Below are positions 13,519 to 27,539 of a stretch of 64,000 nt of DNA, piece after piece. Source of the stretch: Octopus sinensis (Eukaryota); NCBI RefSeq assembly GCF_006345805.1, contig NC_043007.1, positions 59,892,001 to 59,956,000 on the forward strand, written 5' to 3'. Below the pieces are notes generated by a model that had not been told where the DNA came from, made no database searches, and saw nothing but the letters and a program-made list of their open reading frames with translations. The first letter of the stretch is position 1. Each line of letters begins with the position of its first letter. Made by a program: the position numbers and the translations under genes.

Positions 13519-13849
13519 AAAATGACGGTTTTGATAGAAATCTTTAGAGCATCACAGAAAATACCTTGCATTAATTAGGCTACGGCCATTTGTATTCCAA
13601 ATTCACTTCTTACCGAGGTTAACTTTGCTTGTCCTTTCGGAGGTGTTAAAGTACCCAGTTAATTGGGGGTCGGTTCTTCTCTCTTTCTCTTTCTTTCTAT
13701 CTTTCTCTCTCTGTCTCTTTTCTCTGTTATTATTTGGGTCTTTGTTTGTCTGTCTATCTATCTATTTTCTCTCTCTCTCCCCTCTCTCTCTCTCGCTCTC
13801 TCTCTATCTATCTTTTTATCTATCTATCCATCCATCCATCCATCTATCC

Positions 13850-13920
<71 letters not shown>

Positions 13921-13921
13921 A

Positions 13922-13977
<56 letters not shown>

Positions 13978-14422
13978 GTCTGTCTGTCTGTCTATCTATC
14001 TAGCTAGCTAGCTAGCTATCAAATTTTTCTCTTTCCTTCTTTCCGAATGACTGCTGTGAGAGGTTTTGTAGGAGGACAGCGCCCACTAATGGCGCCTATA
14101 TCTCCTTATATGAAAAAAGCCTGAGCGAGAGGTGACTAACAACATCGTCTCATAGGAAAAAGAAAAAGAAAAGAAAACCGAATTACCAATACGGTAATGA
14201 AACCGCCCAAGAACGAACCAATGGTCAGTGCATCAGGAGTACAAATAATATATTAAAACACATCATAGTTACATAGGTCATTCACCTGAGGCTAAACAAC
14301 CGTAAAATAACGATGATAAGAGAGAATTACTACAATTGATGTTTTACTGCTAATAGTGATGATGCTGTTAGTACTGTTGCAAGTGCTGCTGTTAGAGCTA
14401 CTGCTGCTGCTGCTGCACTTAC

Positions 14423-14578
14423 CTGTTCCTGGCGCTGCTACCTTTGCTTCTTCGAATGTCAAACGGAAAGTCTGTGCATCGCGATTCAGGCAAGCGATTT
14501 CACGTGACCCGAACAACGTGCGAGAAACTACAGAGGATGCAACCATACGAGTTCCATAGATGCGCATCACTGCGCTCT
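14423..14578 (-). CDS. Candidate host exon (52 codons, unrecognised product) or non-coding first exon
   Basis: Strong CAG|GTAAGT donor at 14423/14422; open frame SAVMRIYGTRMVASSVVSRTLFGSREIACLNRDAQTFRLTFEEAKVAAPGT; unique CpG-rich sequence; acceptor weak. Confidence 0.35.
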
Positions 14579-14761
14579 CTGTGATGGTTTGTTGGCTATT
14601 TTGGAATTATTTAGATAAAAAAAGGAGACTTTTTTAAATTAAAAAGAGGAAAAACAGCGATTCAATTTTTTTCTAGGAATCGATAAATGAAATAAAACGG
14701 AATTCTCATCTATTTCCAAACCGATGTTTTTCAATACTCAATTCAAAATACAAGAACACTA

Positions 14762-14842
<81 letters not shown>

Positions 14843-15060
14843 GATAACCGACTCCGTGTATGTATATATGTGTATATACATATATGAACACTTATTTGTG
14901 TGTGTACACATATATATAAACACACATATTTGTGTGTGTATATATATATATATACATATATACATTTATACATCTGTATATATATATACAGATATGCATA
15001 TAGATATATACACACATAAATATATACACAATATATATTTATATATATATAAATATATGT

Positions 15061-15114
<54 letters not shown>

Positions 15115-15261
15115 TTGCGTAGATGCATAAATATATACATTATGTGTGCTTGTCTGTGTACATATACACTCTGTGTGAAAATTCATTTGTGTATGGACCC
15201 ATAATTTCAACCCTATGATCTTGTGTTTGCATATACACACACACATACACACATACTCTCC

Positions 15262-15372
<111 letters not shown>

Positions 15373-15654
15373 AACAAACAAACAAACACACACACGTATT
15401 TGCTTTTTACAACTGATACAAGAATCATTGCAACTACTGACACCATTATTCGTTCTAACTCTAATCATAATAATCTTATCTCATTGAGCCAGAAGGTCTG
15501 AAGGTTTTTTTTTAGAGGAGGAGGAAGACGATTACATCGAATCTAGTGCTGAATCGGTACTTACTTTATCGACCCCGGAAGGATGAAAGGCAAAGTCGAC
15601 CTCGGCGGAATTTGAACTCAGAGCGTAAAGACGGATGAAATCCCGCAAAGCAAT

Positions 15655-15935
15655 GAGGTTTGAATAATTCCCCTCTGGAAACATGGGTGTTTCGTTCATC
15701 ATCCTTAAACAAACCTTTTTCAGAGACCATCTGAGCGGGATGGGCTACTCAACCCGAAGAAACCTCTAACTGGGTCCCCACCTGCAATGTCATGTGCTGT
15801 TTATCTTGATATGAGATCACCATGTTGCGCACATATAGTTGTGATGCATGTCCTGGTGTCCCCTTATCAGACGAGTAGTCATGACGGGTATATTTGTATC
15901 CCCAGTGTCTGGCATGCATTTGATAGCATGAATTG
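15655..15935 (+). mobile_element. 3' half of the 545-bp (AAT)n-associated repeat, fused behind an OK-like SINE fragment
   Basis: Aligns by eye to 6165-6455. Confidence 0.75.
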
Positions 15936-15991
15936 CTCTGTTAATCAATAATAATATAATAATAATATAATAATAATAATAATAATAATAA

Positions 15992-16022
<31 letters not shown>

Positions 16023-16084
16023 AAGAAGAAGAAGAAGAAGAAGAAGAAGAAGAAGAAGAAGAAGAAGAAGAAGAAGAAGAAGAA

Positions 16085-16640
16085 AGACGTAACAGAGTTG
16101 GGACCTATATGCACTGGAAACTATGCCAACACTATATAATGACAACTAAAAAGACAGTATAGGCACACCCCAGAAAAAGTCACAGACAATGAGAAAGCCA
16201 CCATATTCTGGGATATGCCAATGCACACCGACAGAGAATCAAGGCTAATAGACTGGATATACTTGTCAGAGTCTACCAAGAAAAAGATGGCTTCTAATCG
16301 ATGTACCAATACCAATAGATGACAACGTTCCCCAAAAAGATACAGAGAAACTTTCAAAAGACAAGGATCTGGAAATAGAGGTAACTTGAAAGTGGAGCCT
16401 AAAAACAGAAACAATCCCTATAATAATAGGCGCATTATGTATGATAAAAAAACATTCAGACAAATGCATAATCAAGGCACCATGACTTACAAGTGTATAT
16501 AACATACATAAAATAGTACTACTATGCACCATACATATCCTACGTAAAGCACTTTCAATACAATGAAAATAAGAACACTACAGTAAACCACAACACGTAC
16601 CCAAGGCACACAGAACTGCGTGAAAGCACGTGATAAAAAT
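16085..16640 (+). mobile_element. R4/Dong-like LINE 3' fragment
   Basis: RVGTYMHWKLCQHY, ILWDMPMHTDRE, ETIPIIIGAL; same family as 6669-8253. Confidence 0.85.
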
Positions 16641-16669
16641 AATACTACGGAATAACAATAACAATAATT

Positions 16670-17196
16670 CTTTATTGGTCACATGAGTAGCGAAAAATAA
16701 TTTAGGATGATAGAAAGGCAAATGACAGTGAGGACTAACATAAAACCGAGTAAGCATTTTAAAAAACAATAACAATCCATTAAAAAATTCTAAACTCCCC
16801 GAGAAGGCGATAGGCCACCCAGGGGAAGCAAAGAAATCCACAAAAACCTCAACCATCCTACTCGCCAAGGGTATCATGGCATGTGCCCCTATCTCCTCCC
16901 TACTCCTCAGCGTACAGGCGCCAGCTTAAAGTAAGCCCACTTACTCAGGTAATTCTTGCTACATTAACCACTTTTTGGCAATTTCACTTTCCTTTTCAAA
17001 TGGAATTGCCTTATTAAAAAAAGTCGATGAGGGCTTGGCCAAAGAGGTAAACGTCTCTCTTTAGTACTTTCAGTCTCGTCCAACACACAACCTCTTTCGC
17101 CATAGCATCTAGAAAGAGGCTATTTACAAATTTATTTGAGTGGAATGGATGAAAAGCCTCCCTCTCCGGTGCGAAATGTCTCAGAATTTCACAGAG
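16670..17196 (-). mobile_element. L1/Tx1-type LINE 3' end
   Basis: AMAKEVVCWTRLKVLKRDVYLFGQALIDFF is homologous to the ORF2 C-terminus at 51003-51120; AATAAAGAA poly(A)-like signal then (TTA)n. Confidence 0.75.
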
Positions 17197-17296
17197 NNNN
17201 NNNNNNNNNNNNNNNNNNNNNNNNNNNNNNNNNNNNNNNNNNNNNNNNNNNNNNNNNNNNNNNNNNNNNNNNNNNNNNNNNNNNNNNNNNNNNNNN
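17197..17296. other. Assembly gap (100 N)
   Basis: Run of N; true length unknown. Confidence 1.
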
Positions 17297-17326
17297 ATAT
17301 CTGCACATCTGCACCCATACATACAA

Positions 17327-17395
<69 letters not shown>

Positions 17396-17477
17396 CTATA
17401 TAAATACACACACACATTTGTGTGTGTGTATCATATATACTTGTTTCAGTCATTTGACTGCGATACATTGACGATAT

Positions 17478-17513
<36 letters not shown>

Positions 17514-17782
17514 GATAGATAGATAGATAGATAATCGATAGATAGAAAGATAGATAGATAGATAGATAGATATGAAAGTGTGTGTATGGTGCATCTACGT
17601 GCGTGTCTGTGTTTCTGTGTGAGTGTGTGTGTATGTATACATATACATCTATGTATAAATGTATGTATATATCTATATATTATATTATATATATATATAT
17701 ATATATATACTATATATATATTATATATATATACGTATATTTATACATATATATACGTACATATATACATATATATGCACAT

Positions 17783-17814
<32 letters not shown>

Positions 17815-17816
17815 TA

Positions 17817-18515
17817 CAGTGTGCAGTAAATAAACTGTTGTCTAAATTACGCAAGACTGACATCTCATTTTATCAGATATATTTACCAAAATTATATAAA
17901 GTATCTTGAAATACTAAAGAGTAAATTTATTCAATAAAATCGCCGTTCGCTTCAACCATAGCCTCCAGACGACTTCTGAACCTCCTTCAACCCTTCTGGA
18001 CGGTCTCCTTGTTTAAGTTGTTGAATGCTGCCATAATCCTTGCCTTCAGTTCATCTTTGATATTACTAGGAGTTTTGTGGTCTCTGTCGCTCAAGTGCGT
18101 CCCACACCTAATAATCAAGGCGGCTGCAGATGTTAATGGTGATGTGGTCGCAGAAATTGTCTGACAGCCATGACTGTGTTCTACTTCTGTTGCCAGAAAT
18201 AGGGTCTTCCAGCAGCCACCCTTTTGACTCAGGGTAGCACTACCTCCTCCAGGCACTTGATGTAGACCTCCATGTTGAGTCTGAGGCCGTGTGGGAAGAT
18301 TAAACGGAGGCATATCGTCACTATCACTAGTGATCACTCCAAACACCATGATGTTGACTGAATATTTGATTTGTATCACTCTTGTTACATGTTTTGGGGA
18401 CACGGCAAGGCAACGGTTGCCCTGTGTGTTCACCATCTGATCCTGGCAGAAATTTTTCTCATCTGAGAAAATAAAGCGTGTTCGGTTGGAGGGGATACAT
18501 CTGCTTCCGGGAATC
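17817..18515 (-). mobile_element. Tc1/mariner maT-like (DD37D) transposase remnant
   Basis: FIFSDEKNFCQDQ, IMVFGVITSD..MPPF, KDELKARIMAAF..L.KETV, RSRLEAMVEANGDF; TA-flanked terminus CAGTGTGCAG at 17817. Confidence 0.8.
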
Positions 18516-19634
18516 AAAATGGAAGAGAACTAAGGTTAATGAATTATGTAAGGTCTACAAGCTCTTTTACAATGCCTAACGGCCAGTAAGATCAGTGTAG
18601 CAGTAGATATTAGCGGCAAGAATTTTCGACACAATATCAATGACGTTAACTTACACTTCCGATCGCCTAGTGTATTTGGAGATCGATTTAGAACCGACCA
18701 CTCGGAAATTTCCTTGATATACATCTACAATCGATTAACCCGGATAAACGCTTCCTGATCAGCAGTGATCTAAATGACAATGTGGACACGAAAAGGGACT
18801 GCTCTGCATAAATTCATGATGGTCGGGGATGTGGCGACGGAAACAATAGAGAGAACGCGACTCCCACCTAGCTAGATATATCAGTTGTAGACAATCTTAA
18901 CCAGATGTATTTCTGGATACTACGCCGTTAAGATTTTTAACTGACGACCGATGCTAAAGTAATTTCATTAGATACCATCGCCACACATCACTTATTATCT
19001 TCAAACTCGGCTCAATTATCCAACAGCAGCTATAAGCGCTAATAATTGGTCCTGTAAAAATCAAGTGGCGGAAGATGGCTGACCACAGAGATGAGTTAGC
19101 TGCCAACTTCGCTGCTCTCCACATCGACTCTGAACAGCAGATTGAAGCCACGTCGTAGAACAATATTGGTTTCAAGTATTAACACAAGGCCAGCAGTTTC
19201 GGGAGAGAAAGTCGATTACATCGAATCCCTGTGTTCAACTGGTAATTATTTTACCGACCCCAAAAGAATGAAAGACGAAGTCGACGAAGATGGAGTTTGA
19301 ACTCAGTATGTAAATGCGGACGGAATGCTGCTAAGCATTTTCCCGGCATGCTAACGATTCTGCGAGCTCACCGTGTTAAAAGTAGGAGGAAATGCTGCGA
19401 GATACCTTATCCGGCGCGGTAGCGATTCTCGCCACCTTACGTTGTAGCACAATATTACTGTCCAAATACTAAAGGCAGATACCTCGAAGCTGCGGAAGAC
19501 GAAACTAAGACGGCAATTCGATTTGATTCACTGCACTCCGATGGCTAAAGTCAGTAAAAGAATAAAATGAATACTACACACAACACACACACACACACAC
19601 ACACACATATATGTATAAACATATATCAGTGTGT

Positions 19635-19865
19635 GTGAAGACGCATGGCTTAGTGGTTAGGGTGTTACACTCACGATTGCGAGAGCGTGGGTTCGATTCC
19701 CAGACAGGGCGTTACGTTGTGTTCTTGAACAAAGCACTTCATTTCACATTGCTCTGCGATCATTTCGACGTGTGATACATAGTGCACCTGTACAGGTAAT
19801 GTCGATTTGATGGAGGGAGTGAGCTTATGTGTACACTAACATTTGATCACTATAAACAAATCATC
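19635..19865 (+). mobile_element. tRNA-headed SINE with CORE-like middle
   Basis: A box TGGCTTAGTGG, B box GGTTCGATTCC, then GTGTTCTTGAACAAAGCACTT resembling the CORE domain. Confidence 0.7.
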
Positions 19866-20334
19866 CGAATTCTTTATTCGCCACTATGGGCTAAACATAG
19901 AAGGTCAGCACAGGACAGACAAGGTGGAGTCATACATGTCGTCTAACGATGGGAGAGTCCATTACATCCTGATGTGAAACCGTGTGTTGAAACAGATATT
20001 GTATTTCGGGACGGTCATTTTTTGCCAAATAAACACACGCACTATATATTCGCTCTTTACTCGTTTATTACTATTTACTCGTTTATTATTGCATAACCTT
20101 TCACAAAGACGATGTGGTACCAAAACAATTGACACTAGTAATTAAGATGTGTTAAACTCATTCTTTGTCTTCTTATTTTGATTATATATGCATACATATA
20201 GATGCATACACACACATATGAATACATAAACTTACCTTTAGATTTTACACACACACATTCACCCCTTTCCTAATGCAAAAGTAAGAAGGTACCAAACCGG
20301 GGTTTTGAACAGGATTTATTCTTCATAAAAAAAA

Positions 20335-20730
20335 GGAGTGGTTGTGTGGTAAGTAGCTTGCTTACCAAGCACATGGTTCCGGGTTCAGTCCCAATGCGTA
20401 GTACCTTGGGCAAGTGTCTTCTACTATAGCTTCGGGCAGACCAAAGCCTTGTGAGTGGATTTGGCAGGCGGTAAGTGAAAGAAGCCCGTTGTATATATGC
20501 ATATGTATATATATGTGTGTGTGTATTTGTGTCTGTGTTTGGTCCCTTCCCCCAACATCGCTTGACAATTGATGCTGGTGTGTTTACGTCCCCGTAAAAG
20601 AAACTGATAGAATAAATACTAGGCTTACAAAGAATAAGTCCTGGGGTCGATTTCCTCGACTAAAGGCGGTGCTCCAGCATGGCCGCAGTCAAATGACTGA
20701 AACAAGTAAAAGAGTAAAAGAGTAATGAGC
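20335..20730 (+). mobile_element. Full-length OR-like tRNA SINE
   Basis: GGAGTGGTTGTGTGGTAAGTAGC...GGGTTCAGTCCC head, (TG)n middle, AAATGACTGAAACAAGTAAAAGAG tail. Confidence 0.85.
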
Positions 20731-21610
20731 ATTGTTTTGAAAAGTAGTAGCTTGAAATTCTGATTAACAGCTGTTGAAAACCCACTTCTGCCTTGCGAAT
20801 GGATTTGGCAAACGGAAACTGAAAGAAGCCCGTCGTGTGTGTATATATATATATATATATATCAGAGGCAACCCCAAGTCATCAGCGTCATCGGACTCAT
20901 CACAGATTACGTATAAGATACATGCTTTCTCGAAGAATTTCACGTTTTGCCGTAATATTTCTAGCCCCAAATTGCTTATTTTTTATATCAACACTATGAT
21001 TTTCCCCATTTCTAAGTTAAGGGTTTAAATAAAGCAAGCCTGCAAAGAACAACTGATCTTTACACACAGACGCACAGAATAACAGCAATCAAATAACGAC
21101 AGCAGAATGCACAACAAACATCACCGATCTAACTGTCACCTGTACTCTTGATAAGAGATGCCAGTTAGTCTTTTACACCAATCAGGCTCGTTCATATTAG
21201 CCTTCGTTGCTGGATAATTTTTCCTCCCTTGAAGAATATTGTAGATCGGGAACTTTTCATAGATTGGAATTTAAATCCCAATCTCTACAGAAATTTGTTG
21301 TTTCAAGAAAAATTGAATTTGAATTACTTTTAATTTTTACAATTATATACAACTTGGGCTGTAACTTCTGAGCCCGAGTTAGGTGCGTGGGATTGATGTC
21401 AACAGAAGGTCCGTTACAAGTGATTTTTTTGACACAGGGGACTGCTAAGACCGCCAGACACTGAACGAAAATAAATAAACTGCAACCAGGCTCAATAAAA
21501 GGAGCATGAGTTATTGGTTGCAATTACATACTTGAGTATAACCCGAGTGCCAGAGTCGCCACTGAAATATATATAATATATATATAGATATATATTATAT
21601 ATATATATAT

Positions 21611-22000
21611 ACTAGCAGTATCGCCCGGCGTTGCTCGGTTTGTAAGGGAAATAACTATATAAGCATTTTTAGAGAGTTATAGCCAAAAAATAGCAAAAAA
21701 AATGCATTAAAAATTGAAAAAAAATTAGGTAATTTTTTTAAATCGTTGACACATCGTAGATATTTTTAGAGAGTTACTTCCCTTATATAAAAGCGAAAAA
21801 AATGCATTAAAATGGAAAAATATGATGGTAATTTTTTTAAATCGTAGACTCATCGTAGACGCGCGCTAATACCCAGAAGGGCTCGATATGAATCACGACT
21901 ATAAGATACCCGCTTTTGGTTAACTGCACCGCAAAATGTGGGAGTAATTACGAATGTAAATCGAAGGGGACAGACACACAACTTCACTCTTATATAAAGA
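21611..22000 (+). mobile_element. Non-autonomous Helitron/HINE-like element with internal tandem repeats
   Basis: ACTAGC...GCCCGGCGTTGCTCGG 5' end, two ~85-bp internal repeats, GACAGACA..CTCTTATAT 3' end, no TSD seen. Confidence 0.65.
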
Positions 22001-22019
22001 TGCTTTTTTTTTTCAGTCA

Positions 22020-22326
22020 TAGAGTTAGATTTATGAAGGTCTTCAGTAGAAAATCCTTCGAATTCTGACTCGCTGTTTGATATAATGAAATTCGTATCCA
22101 TTTTTTGTCAGAATTACAAATTTGAAAACACAATAGGAACAAATTTCGGAAAAAATCTCCCATAATTCACGGAATTAAAATTACACTTCGATTTTTGTAC
22201 AAAACTGTATTTGAAGTGTTTACGAAGTATAATACGTGTTTTCACGAATGTACTAAAGAGATTTACTCTGATATTCTCATTTAAATATGAATAGGTAAAT
22301 TCGGGCGGTTTGGTAACGAAAGGGTT
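22020..22326 (-). mobile_element. piggyBac-like terminus with transposase N-terminal remnant
   Basis: T(A)AACCCTTTCGTTACC terminus; acidic SNSESEFEGFSTEDL peptide. Confidence 0.45.
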
Positions 22327-23010
22327 TATATAAGTGTCGTCTGTTATACATAAACACTGTTTCATAGTTTCAGTTTAGTCTTCCTCAAATCACTGTCGCT
22401 AATTTACTCTCTTCCAAGAACATTTTCACTCACTGTTATCTGTTAGCTTCCCATACATTTTACTCATGTATCTATCAGCGTGATAGACAGAAACAAATAT
22501 TACATTTACTTTCATTTATATTCGTTGCCCACTGTGTGTGTGCGTTTGCGTGTGGTGTAAACCAGACTAAGAAAAGCATTTGACACACACACCAGAATGT
22601 GAGTTTTCTGTAAATTTTGCTTAATTGGAGTTTAAATTTTAAAAACTGGACCTGGCATGACGCGATGCATTGTACTCTTAAATCTGCTAGGTAAATTGTA
22701 ATTGAAGAAATCCTATATTGTAGATTTGTATAACTCCCAAAGGGAGGCAGATAAAATCTGCCTTTTATAATAAGAGATATATATATATATGCACACACTC
22801 ATGCACATACACACACGCACACATGTATATACATACATTATGTATTTGTATGTCTGTGTTTCTCCCTCCAATATCGCTTGACAACCGATGTTGGTGTGTT
22901 TACGTCCCCGTCAGCTAGCGGTGCAGCAAAAGAGACCTATAGAATAAGTTCTGGGATCAATTTCTTCGATCAAAGGCGGTGCTCCAGCATGGCCGCAGTC
23001 ATGCTGGATG

Positions 23011-23065
<55 letters not shown>

Positions 23066-23093
23066 TATATATATATATATACATACATACAGC

Positions 23094-23124
<31 letters not shown>

Positions 23125-23147
23125 GCAGAAGATAGATAGATAGATAT

Positions 23148-23188
<41 letters not shown>

Positions 23189-24048
23189 CCAACACATCCA
23201 AATTTACACGCAGAGGTACAGAGGCACACATAGACAGACACCCTCACATACATACACTCAAGCAAACGCACACGCGCACATACGCACACACACACACACA
23301 TTTAGGTACACCGACATACACCTGCATCCACCTCCCACTCGTAAACATTCTCCACATACATACACGTACACAAATACAAAAAACAACCCCAATACTCGAA
23401 TACCTTAACCCAAACATATAAACCGACAGCCTACGAAACTAAATATAGCACCCAGGGTTGCGTTCAGTTTTCTTTTTGTTTTATTTTCGTTCTCTTTCTC
23501 CTCTCAAATTGCTCTGTTCTCTCTTGCACAACATATGCGGTCTCTATCAAGGACAGTAAAAGCATAACACTCGGCTTTCCTTTTTTTTTCTTTTTATTTC
23601 TCTACCCCTCCTTCTTCTGCTTCTTCTCCCACCATTACCGTGAACGTTAAGACTTTCCTTCGCATAGTCGACAAGGTAATATGGTATAGACACAACCCTT
23701 ATAAGTACATTCCAACGTTCGTTCGACACACAGGCGAAACTGGATATTTTACGATTCGGTGTTGTTTCGGCAGGCATCGACATCTAGTGCCATGCATGTC
23801 TGCAGAGCTACCTACCTACCTTCCAATGATTTACCTTGGCTTACCGTATCTAACCTTGCTTCAAGCAGAACACCCGCACACCCATGCATCCATCAACCTA
23901 AGCTATCTATCTATAGGCTGATTTTCTACTTCACGAAATTACATTCAACGTGCGCACACACGCACGCTCACACACATGCGCGCGTGCGCGCGGTCCACCT
24001 ATATAAATACGTACTCACACACCCACTCATATATATATATATATATAT

Positions 24049-24118
<70 letters not shown>

Positions 24119-24251
24119 CGGCCAGCTAAATCATTGTCGGACATTCCGACGGTAGCTTAGCAGGTTGACACAGTACAAAAGTAATAGAGTAACTCATCAG
24201 ATTAGTGTAAAATTGTTTTTATTGTAACTGAACATTAAAACAAACTTTAAT

Positions 24252-24342
<91 letters not shown>

Positions 24343-24378
24343 CAGAGAGAGAGAGAGAGAGAATGAAAGAGAGGGGGA

Positions 24379-24481
<103 letters not shown>

Positions 24482-25034
24482 TTGCTTCAAATGTAGGTAC
24501 GAAATCAACAATTTTGAGGAGAAGCTTTGGTCGATACCATCATCCCTAGTAGTTGACTGGTATTTAATTTTATCGATCCAGAGGGCTGGAAGGTAAAGTT
24601 TTAATAACGTCGGGGATTTCAGCTCATCTTTCCTGGCGTTTCTGACGTTTTCAACAATTTTTCCTGATGCTTTTAATGATCGTTCCAGCTCGCCGCCTTA
24701 CATAAATATATAATAACCACTAAATAACAACAACAACAACAAAAAAGACAGGAACAGCTATTACGAGAAAGCTTAATAGTAAAGTGGACTAGCATGTGTG
24801 GTAACTTTTGGCATTGGACTGCGGCCATGCCGAGGTATCACCTTGACGTGTTCAGTTGAATAAATCGAACCCACTATTTATTCTTTTTAGTCTTCTATTT
24901 TGAAGAATGTAAACTAGCCAACACCGTCGTAAAGTAGTGGGGTAGGGCAAACACAGACACAAAGACACACGCACAAGTAACCGCACAGTCACACACTCAC
25001 ACACAGATGCATATAATATATATACTTGTGTGTG

Positions 25035-25076
<42 letters not shown>

Positions 25077-26057
25077 ATACCACTGGCTTCTGTAAAGTTT
25101 ACGCCTAACATATTCGTTAATCAACCTAGGGCTATAAAGAAGACACTTGATCAAGGTGCCATGCGGTCGGACTGAACCCCAAATCATGTGTTTACAAAGT
25201 GAGCTTCTTAACTACACAACCATGCAAGAAATTTTAATTAGAACATCACCCTTAATTATCGCACCAATCATTAGCTAAATGGCTAATTACTGTAAGACAC
25301 TTGATCAAGGTGTCATGCAGTCGGACTGAGCCCCAAATCATGTGGTAACTAAGTGAGCTTCTTAGCCACATAACCATGCCCGTACTTATATAGCCAGAAA
25401 TTTTAATTAGAACATCAACCTTAATTATCGCACATATCATTAGCTAAGTGGCTAATTACTGTAAAAAAATGCACAGGAAACAACCTCGGCATTTGAAATA
25501 AGAACAATTACTGTAATATAGAGTGCGGTAAAGAATGCATCTGACTTAAGCTATACTTAGCTGAGGAATTGTATTTAAGTCGAAACGTGCCGTAAATTGT
25601 CACTACGATTCTTCCTCCTTCTCTCTCTCTATCTATCTCTCTCCATCTCTCTTTCTCTCTCTCTTTCTCTCACACCTCACTCTGTTCCAACGTTAGATTA
25701 TACGGTGACAAAACCATTTGCAAGCCTGTCACAATCTTAGAATAATTTACGTACCTTAACGCAACGGTTCAGCAAAAGGAACCGAAGAAACATGTACCTT
25801 AAAAAATTAGTTTCGGGGAGATTTCTTTGACCACACTCTTCAAGGCAATGCTCCATCATGGCCGCAGTTTAGCGACTGAAACAAGTAAAAGATAAAATAT
25901 ACACACGCGCACACACATATATATTGGAAAATTATAGTCGTCAACTAAACTTGACTAAGGGTGTTATTAAACCTACATTAGCATTGGAGCATTTTAGCTC
26001 CTATTTCTAGCAATGTAGGTGCTCTGTGTTCGGGACGATTGCAGCCCCGTTCAGAAT

Positions 26058-26740
26058 ATCATTCAACTACGGTAGTAGTTGAATAATATTCTTAAGGCCG
26101 CAATTTACGCAGCATATTTCAGAGCTTGTCGCTAAGTCAGTTCTTAACCAAATTGAAGACTGTTAACATTTTTGAAGAGGACTAGCCCCTAGCTACATTT
26201 TGAGATCTGGTCCATTAGAAAAAAAGTTTACGACAAAATTTGTAGCAACATTATAGGAGAGTAAGTAAAGCCTCCAATCAGGTTTAGATCTAATTTTTTT
26301 TTATTTTAAAAGCATAATATATTTATCTTAGTTTCAATGATAGAAGAAAGCATGAAGAATTTCGTAGTTTTGATCTTATGCAACAACAATTTGTATTTTA
26401 AAAAGTTGTGCGGCAAAATATCATGAAAAAAATATAAGGCAAAAAATTCGATTTAAGTATAATTAACTTTTTTATTGTAAAAACAAACTATATTTTACTT
26501 AAGCTTAAATGATAGAGCTCAATTCGAGGAATTTCATGGTATCAATCTCATGCAATGAAGTTTTAAAAGAAAGGAGTTATGAGTGTTTGTTTCTCAAATG
26601 TGAGGGTGATAATGTAGTTCTATACTTTTTTATGAATATAGTTCTATAAAAGGACATTTAATATATATCACCAGCATCGTTGATGTAAGGAAAAAATATC
26701 AACGACACCGCTAATTTGCAATTAGTTTAGTTACGTCAGC
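26058..26740. mobile_element. ~680-bp AT-rich interspersed repeat (probable non-autonomous DNA transposon), copy 1
   Basis: Collinear with 30660-31585, shared blocks such as AATGATAGAGCTCAATTCGAGGAATTTCATGGTATCAATCTCATGC. Confidence 0.75.
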
Positions 26741-27539
26741 TTAAAAGATAGATAATTTTAACAAGGTAAAATTATTGAGACATTATTAATTAGCATGGAT
26801 TACATGGGAAAAGTGCGATCAAGAGAAATGATATTCTTAAGATTATAAGCCTAGAAAAGTACAGGACAAGTTATTACATTTGGAAAAGTTCAGGACAACC
26901 TATTAGATCTGGTAAAGTACAGAACAAGAAAACTTTTACTTAAAATATTTCAGCTAAGGATTAAATTTGAATATTAAAATTTTTTTCATTTTAATTTACA
27001 AAGAAACATTATAATAAAAAAAGGCACCATCATTTTGTTAAAATATTGACACAGAGAATACTTAAAAATTGAGAGCCAGAAGTACCAATATAGCTAAAGT
27101 TTTATGAAAAGTAGAATAGTATATATGGTAAGTAAATTCATTATGTAAAAACTAGGTATTGAGTCAAGACTAAAAATGTGAAGACTTGTCAATAACTTAA
27201 GCAATAACTCAAGTAAATTTTACTATGGATTTGTTGTTATAGGTAGATTTTACTGTAATATATAACTAATTTTTGTATTATTCTGTTTATTGTACTAACG
27301 AATTATATACCACTATTATTTTTTATAACCTATTTGCAAATTTCTAATATTTATTTAATAATTAAAAAATGAATTTTTTTAAAATACAAAAGTATTTTAA
27401 TTGAGTTATTTAAAAATTTTAATAGATGTAACAGGTAGTAACAAATAGAAGTAATAACTTGTAATAAAATTTTTAGTTTTAAGAAATCAGTGTAGACGAC
27501 ATTCGAATACCGTATGATATCACTCAGGCAGCAGCTGCC

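Noticed and set aside
23547-23921. Overlapping 78-93 aa ORFs with possible splice donors
   Set aside because: No recognisable domain and no consistent acceptor-donor pair
24116-24200. Minus-strand CTGATGA...CGAAA next to (TA)n
   Set aside because: Stem II base and stem I do not pair
25530-25590. CTGAGGA...GTCGAAACGTG
   Set aside because: G at the cleavage position and no stem II between the core halves
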